Assembly (NCBI GenBank): GCA_965200315.1
Contig: OZ241362.1
Span: 5,248,001 to 5,312,000 of the forward strand
Length of the DNA stretch: 64,000 nucleotides
Reading direction: 5' to 3'
Origin: Candidatus Latescibacterota bacterium
GTDB taxonomy: Bacteria > Latescibacterota > UBA2968 > UBA8231
Shown: positions 1-8,968 of the stretch, in pieces
How positions within the stretch are numbered: the stretch's first letter is position 1
Layout: every line of letters starts with the position of its first letter
The notes under the pieces: generated by a model
What the model saw: only the letters and a program-made list of their open reading frames with translations
Database searches by the model: none
What the model was told of the DNA's origin: nothing
Position numbers and translations under genes: made by a program

Positions 1-1882
1 CTCGCCTGTATAAGTTCAACAATCTAAAGGGAGTGTGCTGAGGAATAATGAAGCCGCGCAGGCCACGCGAATTTTTTACTGCGGGGACTAAGTGCTTAGA
101 TGAAACATTTGCGAAAAAGTTCAGAAATGGATCGCGGTCTTCTCTCAAAAGAAAAAAGGCATTCCATCCTGTTTTTACACCCATTTTGGCGCGAGTATAT
201 TGAGACAGTGTAGTCGGGCAAAGGGAAATCAACTCTTTACGGATTTTCGTTTGAAAGAAGAGTGTCTCGGTCCAGTTAGCGGAGAGTGCGAGCTCGCGTC
301 GTTTTACTGGACGACCCTCATTTATGCTCAGAGGTTGCTGCCAGTCAGAAAGATGATTAAAGAGAAGGCTATCGCCAGCAGGTTTACTTCGGTTTAAGGT
401 CAAGATGACGGTATTCGCTTTCGCCTTCATACCCGATTGGATAAAGGGGTGAGTGTGCAGTGTGAATATGTGGCGTAAATCGACCTCATTGGTCAAGTAC
501 TGCCGGAGAGATTTTCCGTATTTAGTATCGAAAAAATTACGAGATGTTATATACGATAGGCTTCCCTCGCGATTGAGGACTTCAATACCGCGCAATATGA
601 AGAACGTGCTCAAATCCGCGGTAGGTTTAAGCGGATAAGTAGGACAAGCGGCGTTCCAATGCTCGATAAATTCGCGTTTTTCGCGAATGCTATTCTGCTG
701 ACTTAGCGGGACGAAAGGCGGGTTTCCCAGAGAAATATCAAAGCCGTCAAGCCGGCTGAGAAAAGACTGCACGTTTGTCTGCTGAGGAGCAATAGATGCG
801 TCATCAAATATGGAGAGTTGGTAGTTATCGCTGGCGGCGAGAGGAATGAGTGCATTACCTGCTGTTAGGTTTTTCAAAGGATCTAAGCAATGAGATGGCG
901 TCGATATGGATAACAGGGCTCTCTCTAGTAGCCACAGACGCAATTTGGCTAAATCGAGGGCTTGGGGCGCAATGTCCATACCATAGATATTTTGTGCAAA
1001 TATATGCCTTATGATGGAAGCACGAGAACAGCTATTGGTGTTCGCTAGAGAGGTAAACTGGAAAAAATCCACGAGAACATTCACGGCTGCTACCAGAAAG
1101 GCCCCAGCTCCTACCGCCGGGTCAATTATCCTTACTGTTTTCAATGAGTGCTCGATCCAAGAGAGGACCGTGGGATGGCGGTTGGCATAACTCTGGCGAG
1201 CCGTGCTATCAGTGCAGGAGAAAGCCCACAAGAGCACATCGGCAGCCTTAAATTCTCTTTTGTATTTATTTAGCAACCAGTTTTCAATAGCGTGGCGGGC
1301 AATGGTATAACAAAGGCCATCAGGGGTGAAATACGTTCCGGCCTCCTTGCGATCGATGCTGCGTTCGTATAGATAACCTAATATCCATGGCTCGATGTTG
1401 GGCGAATGGTTTTCAGCGGGTGTTTTATCCGTAGTGGAAAAATTCCAATTGTATTTGGGAAAAACGCCACATATAAGTTGATATAATTGCTCGCTATCAA
1501 CTGTCACCGCTGCCAAAGGTCGTACAAACACCGCTTTGTCCAGATAGGGAATCCCGTGAAAAAGTGGATGCTCGCTAAGCACCGGCGTTCTGCAATCGAG
1601 AGGAACGGCAAAAATTTGAGTGAACAATACCTTGACAAAGTCCTCATAGAGGTCTTGTCCCTTTGCAAGCACCTTTTGCGCGGCCTGCTGAAGATAGTTT
1701 CCCCTCTTTGTGCCCAAATGTCCATTTTCTTGCAAGAACTGCACGAATAGCAAACGTGATATAAGAGCGACTTCCGCCGCGTTCCGTTCTGGCCCCTCCA
1801 TAATAAGCCCCGGCGCATACTTTTTGAGATCGCCTAATAAAAGCAGGGAGGCATCCTGCGTTTTGTTTGCGCTCTGGGGCAT
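1..1882 (-). CDS. N6-adenine DNA methyltransferase (TaqI/Eco57I-like gamma class), 3' end runs off window
   Basis: Not in the ORF track. Manual translation from ATG 1882 gives GTYFTP, motif I IIDPAVGAGAFL, NIYGMDI and motif IV GFDISLGNPPF (~710-745). Visibly AT-richer than the flanking genes. Confidence 0.85.
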   Translation of the reverse strand, partial: MPQSANKTQDASLLLLGDLKKYAPGLIMEGPERNAAEVALISRLLFVQFLQENGHLGTKRGNYLQQAAQKVLAKGQDLYEDFVKVLFTQIFAVPLDCRTPVLSEHPLFHGIPYLDKAVFVRPLAAVTVDSEQLYQLICGVFPKYNWNFSTTDKTPAENHSPNIEPWILGYLYERSIDRKEAGTYFTPDGLCYTIARHAIENWLLNKYKREFKAADVLLWAFSCTDSTARQSYANRHPTVLSWIEHSLKTVRIIDPAVGAGAFLVAAVNVLVDFFQFTSLANTNSCSRASIIRHIFAQNIYGMDIAPQALDLAKLRLWLLERALLSISTPSHCLDPLKNLTAGNALIPLAASDNYQLSIFDDASIAPQQTNVQSFLSRLDGFDISLGNPPFVPLSQQNSIREKREFIEHWNAACPTYPLKPTADLSTFFILRGIEVLNREGSLSYITSRNFFDTKYGKSLRQYLTNEVDLRHIFTLHTHPFIQSGMKAKANTVILTLNRSKPAGDSLLFNHLSDWQQPLSINEGRPVKRRELALSANWTETLFFQTKIRKELISLCPTTLSQYTRAKMGVKTGWNAFFLLREDRDPFLNFFANVSSKHLVPAVKNSRGLRGFIIPQHTPFRLLNLYRR

Positions 1883-1903
1883 TTTGTGTGACACGTTCAA
1901 GAT

Positions 1904-3784
1904 TCAAGCAAAGAGGACGTGTTGGCGGAGGAAGGCTTCGCAGGCTTGGTAGAAGGCCCGCACGGTCTCGGGCCTGCGCCAGCCGTGGCCTTCGCCTTCG
2001 TACAGGTGATAGACGTGTGGTATGTTGCGGCGGCGCAGCGAGGCCACGATCTCCTCGGCTTGAGCCGGGGGCACGACTTGGTCGTCGGTTCCCTGAAAGA
2101 TGGCGATTGGGTCGCGTAGCTGGTCGGCGGCATAGATTGGCGAGCGATCGCGATAGACCGCAGCCGCTTCGGGCAGGGGGCCGATCATGGAGTCGAGGTA
2201 GCGGGACTCAAATTTGTGGGTGTCTGCGGCAAGGGTGAAGAGGTTGGCTATGCCGTAGAGGCAGATACCAGCGCGGAAAAAGCCGGGCCGTGTGGTGAGT
2301 GCCCGCAAGACCGTGTAGCCGCCGGCGCTGCCGCCCATGATGACGAGGCGCTCCGGGTCGGCGAGACCATGGTCGATGAGGTGTTGGGCACCGCCGATGG
2401 CGTCTGCTACGTCGAGTAGGCCCCACTCGGAGCGCAGGGCGGTCATGTAGGCGCGCCCGTGGCCGGTGCTGCCGCGGTAATCCACGTCGAGGACGGCCCA
2501 GCCGCGCGTGGCAAAGTATTGGTGCCTGCCTTCAAAGCCGGTCTCTATCTGACCGGTGGGGCCGCCGTGGACGGTCACGATCAGCGGGGGGCGACCCCGC
2601 CCGCAAAAGCGGCTGCTGGCTGGTGGGTAATAGAGGCCGAAGATGCCAGTGGCGTCTTCGGATTGCCAAGAAACGGGCTGCGGTGCGGAAAGATCGTCCG
2701 CGGTTAGCAACTCCGTGGTTGTGTGCGCCTTCACCTGCATTTGCTCGGCCGTGCCAGCGACGATGCGGGCTGGTACGGCGCTCGCCGAGGCAATACAAGC
2801 GAGGCCCTTGCCGCGCGGAGCGGCGATGAGCTGCTCGACGTGGGTATAGCTCGCTAGGGCCGGGACCTTGGCGAGCGCACCGCTGTGGAGGTCGAGGCGG
2901 TACGCGGCGCGCTGGCTGTTTTCGCTGCGGACGAAATACAAGGTGCGGCCATCAGCGGCCAGCGAAAACGCCCGCCGCCCTTGGGCCCAAGCCGGGCCGG
3001 CCACGTCGTACGCGTCCTCGTTGAGGCAGCGCGTCGCACCGCTGGCCAAGTCGCGGCACCAAAGCTGAGAGTACCCGCGTTGGTCGGACGTGTACAGGAG
3101 CGAGTGGCCGTCGGGCGAGAAGCAAGGCTGGGCCACGGCCGTGTCGAAGTCACCGGCGACCTGTTCGGTGGTGCGCAATTGCGGCAAGCCGCTGCGGCTG
3201 CGCATCACTTGACTTAGCATCAGGCGAGTGCCATCCCAAGGCATTTGCGGATGGTCCCATTCGATCCACGCGAGGCGGTCGCCGCTGGGATGCCAAGCTG
3301 GCTGCATGTAAAAGTCGGCTCCCTCGACGAGGCGTTGCGGCCAACCACTTCCCCCCGCGTCAACTATGGCGAGGCAGTCGCGATCCTCGTAGTGGTGGAC
3401 ATAGACCAGATGGCGGCCCGAAGGGGAAGGCGCGGGGGCTGCGGCATAGCCAAAGGCCGGGATAATGGGCTGGGCTGGCCCGCTGGCGAGTGCCTGCCGA
3501 TAGAGGCGGCCGGACTGCTGCTCGGCAAAGTACAGATGGCCGCGATGGACGGCGAAGTCGCCGCCGCCGTAGCCGACTTTGGCGCGCACTGACAGGGCGG
3601 CGTTGAGGTCGCGCGGCGCGGCGTTAGGCCCTTGGCAGACTAAGACGCCTTGCGGCCCTCGCCCTTCGAGCCAGACGAGAGTGCGGCCATCGGCATCCCA
3701 AGCGAGATCGGACAACCGGATGGCGGTGGCAAGGTCGTCGGGCGAGAGGGCGCTCGGCCACAAGCCAAAGGGACGGACTTCCAC
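1904..3784 (-). CDS. S9 family peptidase (dipeptidyl aminopeptidase/acylaminoacyl peptidase)
   Basis: N-terminal beta-propeller repeats, VHGGPT, DYRGSTGHG, nucleophile GGSAGG, D in DDQVVP, H in EGHGW. Confidence 0.92.
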   Translation of the reverse strand: MEVRPFGLWPSALSPDDLATAIRLSDLAWDADGRTLVWLEGRGPQGVLVCQGPNAAPRDLNAALSVRAKVGYGGGDFAVHRGHLYFAEQQSGRLYRQALASGPAQPIIPAFGYAAAPAPSPSGRHLVYVHHYEDRDCLAIVDAGGSGWPQRLVEGADFYMQPAWHPSGDRLAWIEWDHPQMPWDGTRLMLSQVMRSRSGLPQLRTTEQVAGDFDTAVAQPCFSPDGHSLLYTSDQRGYSQLWCRDLASGATRCLNEDAYDVAGPAWAQGRRAFSLAADGRTLYFVRSENSQRAAYRLDLHSGALAKVPALASYTHVEQLIAAPRGKGLACIASASAVPARIVAGTAEQMQVKAHTTTELLTADDLSAPQPVSWQSEDATGIFGLYYPPASSRFCGRGRPPLIVTVHGGPTGQIETGFEGRHQYFATRGWAVLDVDYRGSTGHGRAYMTALRSEWGLLDVADAIGGAQHLIDHGLADPERLVIMGGSAGGYTVLRALTTRPGFFRAGICLYGIANLFTLAADTHKFESRYLDSMIGPLPEAAAVYRDRSPIYAADQLRDPIAIFQGTDDQVVPPAQAEEIVASLRRRNIPHVYHLYEGEGHGWRRPETVRAFYQACEAFLRQHVLFA

Positions 3785-3790
3785 TCAGCC

Positions 3791-4159
3791 CTACTCCATT
3801 AACTCGATTTTGACGTTGTCTGGGCCGTTGATAAAGACGATGCGGTTGCCGTCGTCGAGCGTTACCGGCCCCATCCAGATCTCGACGCCGAGCTCGGCGA
3901 TGTCGGCGAGGGTTTGATCGAAGTCGTCGGAGACGAGGGCGATGTGGTCGTAGCCTTGGTAGCGCCCCAATTCCATGGGGGCAAACTCGCGGTCCGTGAC
4001 GGTGATTTGCACGGCACCGATGTGGACCGGAACCCAAGTTGCACCGCCGCGCTCAAAGGGCGGATCGTTGGTGGCACCGAAGAGCTTTTTGTACCAGTCA
4101 ACCGCGGCGTGGACATCGACGGCCTCGTGGTGGACATGGTTGAGTGTGTAGTTGGGCAT
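3791..4159 (-). CDS. VOC/glyoxalase family protein
   Basis: LNHVHH...YDHIAL...FINGPDNVKIELME; start moved to ATG 4159, downstream of an AGGA RBS. Confidence 0.85.
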   Translation of the reverse strand: MPNYTLNHVHHEAVDVHAAVDWYKKLFGATNDPPFERGGATWVPVHIGAVQITVTDREFAPMELGRYQGYDHIALVSDDFDQTLADIAELGVEIWMGPVTLDDGNRIVFINGPDNVKIELME

Positions 4160-4211
4160 GAGAAATCCTTTCTTGGTGAAAGCCCGAAAGTTTGCAAAAA
4201 GGGTGCTACTG

Positions 4212-5039
4212 TCAAGGGAGGTCCAAGGCGGCGGCAAGGCCCTTGAGATAGTGGAGACTACCAGCGGCGATGGTGCGCGGATCTGGGCTAAAATCAAACA
4301 CTTCTACGGAGACGTAGCGCTGATAATCCAACTCTTGAAGAGTCCGCATGACGCTGGCGAAGTCGGTGTTGCCAAAGCCAGGACCGCGCTTGTTGGCGTC
4401 GTTGACGTGGACGTGGTAGAGGTGCTCGCCTGAGTCGCGCAAAAGCTGGGCGACGGGAATTTTTTCGGTTGATCCGGAGCACACATCGACCATGGTCTGG
4501 AAGTGCGGGTGGTCGATCTCGGCGACCATTTTGTGCGCTTGGGCACAGGTGGTGATGATGTTCGTCTGCTCCTTGCTCAGCGACTCGATGCAGAGATCGA
4601 CGCCGTGCTGTTGGGCCAACTCCAAGCTGCCTTCAAAGGCTCCGCGCATGCGGTTCCAGCACTCTTGGTAATCCCACCCCTCCTGCACGTTGCGCTGCAT
4701 GGGCGAGCCGATGATCATCACTTGGCCGCCGAGGTCGCCGCAGAATTGGACTAGCGCCTTGAAGTACGCGCAGGTGCGTTGGTAGATGGCTGGGTCGGGA
4801 TGGGTGATGTACAGCCCGTCGGGGCTGGCCAAGAGCCAATGCAGGCCGGCGATTTCTACGCCAGCGCGTTCGGCGGCCGCGCGGATTTGGGCGCGGCGCG
4901 ACGCGGGGATGTCCTCGACGCTGTCGGCGAGTGTGAAGGGGGCGATTTCTACGGCTTCGTATCCGAGGTCGGCCGCGTAGTCGAAGACCTCTTCGATGGG
5001 CCAGTCGGCGAAGTACTCGTTGCAGGTGGCGAATTTCAC
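4212..5039 (-). CDS. Sugar phosphate isomerase/epimerase (xylose isomerase-like TIM barrel, tagatose/psicose 3-epimerase family)
   Basis: EAVEIAPF, CIESL, MVDVCS, HVHVND, SVEVF metal-ligand pattern; RBS AAAGGAG. Confidence 0.88.
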   Translation of the reverse strand: MKFATCNEYFADWPIEEVFDYAADLGYEAVEIAPFTLADSVEDIPASRRAQIRAAAERAGVEIAGLHWLLASPDGLYITHPDPAIYQRTCAYFKALVQFCGDLGGQVMIIGSPMQRNVQEGWDYQECWNRMRGAFEGSLELAQQHGVDLCIESLSKEQTNIITTCAQAHKMVAEIDHPHFQTMVDVCSGSTEKIPVAQLLRDSGEHLYHVHVNDANKRGPGFGNTDFASVMRTLQELDYQRYVSVEVFDFSPDPRTIAAGSLHYLKGLAAALDLP

Positions 5040-5076
5040 ATTGTAGCTCCTTTAGAAGTATTTCAGAGTGCTGTCG

Positions 5077-5739
5077 TTACGATGCACAATCGATAAACTC
5101 CATCTCGACAGAGGAGCAGGACGCAAGTATGCTCTCTAGTGCTTCCGCCTCTCTGCGGTCAATCGTGAGGCCATACTTTCGGCGCACTTCAACGATGCGC
5201 TGGGCAAACCAGCACCTATTCATGGGCGGCATCCATTCGGCACCATCGTAGTGCCGCTTGCGGCCGCGATTTAATTCGGGGCTGGCAAGCGTCAGATTGA
5301 GCGGATCGGCAGCAAAGGCTCGACGTATTTGCACGATATTGGGGGCAGGCTCGCATAGCCCACTGTCGTGCGCCTCGGAAAGCGCGACGACGTGTTCGAT
5401 GTCCGTCTCCCACCGGCCGGAAAAGCAGTGCCCCGTGTACGGGCTGTAGATGCCGCCGAGTCCTTCGATAATGACCAGCTCGACGGACTGCGGGTAGCGA
5501 TAATCGCTGCGATCATAAGGGGAACATCTACTCTCGGGACGGATCTCGATCCCTCGCCAGTGGCTTTCTGCATTCCCAATGGCATTGTTCCCGCTGTCGT
5601 GCTCTTGAGCGGCGGCGGGTTGTTCCTGCCTCCGGCTCTCCCCAATGGTATTGTCCCTACTGCCTTCGACGGGATTGCCGTCGCCGCAGGCGATGAACAG
5701 GGCATTGGCAAGCAAAATAGTGTATTTGAAGACGCTCAT
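5077..5739 (-). CDS. DUF1524/HNH-type nuclease, predicted lipoprotein
   Basis: Lipobox-like LFIAC; DIEHVVALSEAHDSG, FAADPLNL, NRGRK, W-x-P motifs. Confidence 0.75.
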   Translation of the reverse strand: MSVFKYTILLANALFIACGDGNPVEGSRDNTIGESRRQEQPAAAQEHDSGNNAIGNAESHWRGIEIRPESRCSPYDRSDYRYPQSVELVIIEGLGGIYSPYTGHCFSGRWETDIEHVVALSEAHDSGLCEPAPNIVQIRRAFAADPLNLTLASPELNRGRKRHYDGAEWMPPMNRCWFAQRIVEVRRKYGLTIDRREAEALESILASCSSVEMEFIDCAS

Positions 5740-5901
5740 GGATGATCTCGTTGGGGAACGGAAACGCCCCATCCGCCTCGGCGACTCTGTAACCTAAAAG
5801 AAACAGAATAGGGAATAAAGGATACACTAGCCACTGCCCCCACCACTGACCGCCCCTCATGGCACAATCGTTGCAAGAGTCCAGACAAAGGAGGAAGGAC
5901 T

Positions 5902-7455
5902 ATGTGGCGACTGTGGGTGTTGGTATTGGTCGGCCCGGTGTGGGCACAAGAGGATTTGGGTGAAGAGGACGCGGGCTATTTGGAGCAGCGGTTGGACGAC
6001 TTGGGAGGGCTGGACGCGGCAGCCGTGCGGTGGCGGGTGCGCGGGGCCGAAGCGGCTCAGGAGCAGTGGCAGTTGTATCAGCGGGTGGAGGTCGCGCCGG
6101 TTAGCGGACAGGCGTTTTTTGGCTTGGCCGAGCGCGATCGAGGCGAGTCCGGGTGGAGCGATTTTAGGACGTTTTACTACGCGGTGCAGAGGCGGCGGTC
6201 CGAATGGGTCGTCGGTGACCTGCGGCCCGGCACGGGTGCGGGCTTGGTGTTTGGGCGCAACCGACGCGGGAGTATTGCGCCGAGGATGCCGGCGGGAGAC
6301 AGCAAGCGCTTGGGGTATCGCTCCAGCGGGGAGAATCACGCCCTGCGCGGGGCGGCGTGGCGCTACGAGGGGCAGGCGTGGAGTGGGATGCTGATTGGGG
6401 GTTGGGCGCGGCGGGATGGACGCTTGGACGAACAGGGGCAGGTGCGGTCGCTGCCCGAGAGCGGCTATCACGTGACCGCGACCGAGGTGGCTGGCCGCGA
6501 CCTGCTGGGCCTCCGCGCTGGCGGCGGCCGGCTGCACTGGCGCGGCGAGCATTGGCAGGCGGGCACATCCCTGCTGGCCTTGGACTTTTCTCACCATATT
6601 GACTTGCGCCGGAATGGGCGGACGCCTTGGGGCTTTGTCGGCGACGAGCAGCGCATGGGGGCCGTGGACGTGCGCGTGGATTGGGAGCGGGGCCGTGCGG
6701 CGTTGGCGTTGGCTGGCGATGGGGTGGGGCACTGGGGGATGGTCGGGGCCCTGCGAGTGCGGTATGGGGGGCTGCGCATGCGGACGCTGGGCCGCTACTA
6801 TGCGCCGGGATTCCACAGCTTCTTTGGCGCAGCTTCAGGGACCTCGGCGATGCAGAACGAACAGGGCGTCGTCGCCGAGGTCCGCGGGCGGGGCTGGCAC
6901 GGCTACGTGGATGTGTACCGCCGGCCCGCGCGCTCCTACTTCATACCAGTGCCGGCCACGTATGCGACTTGGGGGGGCGAACTGCGGCGGCGGTTGGGCC
7001 ACGTCTGGGCGGTGCGCGGGCAGTGGCAACGACGCCTGCGGCCCTACTGGACGGACGAGCGATTGACTCAAGAGCGCAGCCACAAGTGGCGGCTAGACGT
7101 GGACCGGGGGCCGTGGCGCTGGCGCGGCGAATGGGTGCGCTGGCACCGCGCCAACCGCGCCGAGTGGGGCCTGTTGGGCAGCGTGCGGTTTAAGGTGCGC
7201 TGGCTGACCTTACACGTGAGCCGCTTCCGCACGGACTCGTACTGGACGCGGATTTACGAATACGAGGTGGCTCTGCCCGGGGCCGTGAGCATTCGCTCGC
7301 TCTACGGCACGGGCTGGCGCGGCTACGCGCTGGTGGAGATCGCCTATCGCGGCTGGCGGCTGAGCGTCCGCTACCGCATCCAGCGCGACCAGCAGTTGAG
7401 GCACTACAGCGGAGTCCAGATCGACTGGACCCGAGGCCATATTGACAAGCGCTAG
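5902..7455 (+). CDS. Secreted outer-membrane beta-barrel-like protein resembling the C-terminal region of Bacteroidota ComEA/HhH-family proteins
   Basis: Signal peptide; ERDRGE, VGDLRPGTGAGLVFG, ENHALRGAA, NEQG and RIYEYEVALPGAVSIRSLYGTG motifs; amphipathic strands; RBS GGAGG. Confidence 0.6.
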   Translation: MWRLWVLVLVGPVWAQEDLGEEDAGYLEQRLDDLGGLDAAAVRWRVRGAEAAQEQWQLYQRVEVAPVSGQAFFGLAERDRGESGWSDFRTFYYAVQRRRSEWVVGDLRPGTGAGLVFGRNRRGSIAPRMPAGDSKRLGYRSSGENHALRGAAWRYEGQAWSGMLIGGWARRDGRLDEQGQVRSLPESGYHVTATEVAGRDLLGLRAGGGRLHWRGEHWQAGTSLLALDFSHHIDLRRNGRTPWGFVGDEQRMGAVDVRVDWERGRAALALAGDGVGHWGMVGALRVRYGGLRMRTLGRYYAPGFHSFFGAASGTSAMQNEQGVVAEVRGRGWHGYVDVYRRPARSYFIPVPATYATWGGELRRRLGHVWAVRGQWQRRLRPYWTDERLTQERSHKWRLDVDRGPWRWRGEWVRWHRANRAEWGLLGSVRFKVRWLTLHVSRFRTDSYWTRIYEYEVALPGAVSIRSLYGTGWRGYALVEIAYRGWRLSVRYRIQRDQQLRHYSGVQIDWTRGHIDKR

Positions 7456-7532
7456 CGGCGCAGATAATTTGAAACATGCCCCCGGTAGAAGTCTTTATAT
7501 CTATTAACGTTTCCAGCAGTTAAAGCATCCGC

Positions 7533-8372
7533 ATGAACGGTCCCGACCCCTATAAAGACTTCACTGATCGCCTGAAGCTGTTAATCAGCAAACACCCAGA
7601 TTTGATCGCGACCACGCTCAGCAATGTCTTTACCATGCGTCTTATTGGGAACAAAACACACGGCGACTTGGCAGAGATAGCAATTGCCGAATTCATCGAT
7701 CAATACATGTACGATTTCCGTTCTATTCACGTCGGCAAAGATCTTTATCGAGCAAATCAAAAGAGGAGGATATTAAGATCATCAACGAAGTTACCAAAGC
7801 TGAGTTTCCGGTCAGCCTTAAGGCGTACGGGGATGGTCCTCTTCAGCTTTCCACCGACAAGAACTTCCGCATGTTTCCGCGGTTAGAAAAAGAGGGGCCT
7901 GAAGTAAAGGGGCGCATGGCGGTGCAAAAATTTTGCAAGACCCTGCATTTGTTGAGTTTCGCAATATTAACGTACTGCCGCTTATCTACGACGAAGAGCA
8001 TCAACGATATAACATTCTCGTATTCGACTACAACCGTGCAATGAGTGAAACTGCTCACATTGCGAAAGAGGTGGGAGGAAAAGGCAGAAAGCACCCTGTA
8101 TATCGCTTTTACAATATCGCTGGAGACTACATTTGCGCTATGGCGATGCCACGGCAAACGCTCTGCAACGCGGCCTATGGACTCACACCAAGAATGGATT
8201 GAGCTATTTCGAGAGCATCACTCGAGGATGGATCGACTATTCATACAACCCGTTACTCGTCAAGCTATTTTCTCATGCACTGGTGTCGTCCCTGACTGGA
8301 CACACAGCGGCCTTGGCAGAAATTAAAAAAGATATGGCGCGATTGCAGCGCGGATCGGGGATAGCAACATGA
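7533..8372 (+). pseudogene. Frameshifted putative type II restriction endonuclease
   Basis: One protein is spread over frames 7533-7886, 7933-8202 and 8133-8372 (GDLAEIAIAEF...EEDIKI...SLKAYG). Its stop overlaps the MTase start (ATGA). Confidence 0.6.
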
Positions 8373-8949
8373 CGCAACTGCCGCTCTTTGGCGATATCGT
8401 CGTAGAGGTCCCTCACACAGAGGGCATCAAGTACGCCGGGTCCAAGTTGAAGCTGCTCCCACACATCTTGCAGATGGTTGAAAAAGTGGGAGCTAAGACC
8501 ATTTTGGATGGGTTTTCTGGCACGACGCGCGTATCGCAGGCCCTCGTTCAGCGTGGCTATACGGTTATCTGCAACGACATTGCCGCGTGGTCCAAAGTGT
8601 TTGGCTCGTGCTATCTGCTCAACAAGAAGAAACGCGAGGAATACCAATCGCTTATCGATCACCTCAATGCCATGCCGCCAGTGGATGGGTGGTTCACTCA
8701 GCACTACGGAGGACAGCCTAATGGCGACATCCAGCGCGTTGGACGATCCTGTCCTATAGTTCGGGCGGCCGGGCAACAGCCCGAGAATTGGACGACGTCC
8801 TGAGAAGGCACGGCAGGCTTTTAGACGTGGTCGAGATCGAATACAAGAAGAACGTCATGGCGGGAATGAAGTGGACGTATGAATGGACGCGCGATGCAAG
8901 CGAGGCGAATCGCGAATTCTTGTTTTTACTCGAAAAGCAAGCCGCTTAA
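8369..8949 (+). pseudogene. D12-class DNA adenine methylase with internal deletion
   Basis: GIKYAGSKLKLL, ILDGFSGTTRVS, ICND. The C-terminus (ILSYSSGG...EFLFLLEKQAA*) is in another frame from ~8747, and the catalytic DPPY is absent. Confidence 0.75.
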
Positions 8950-8968
8950 TCCGCCCCACCTGAGTTTG

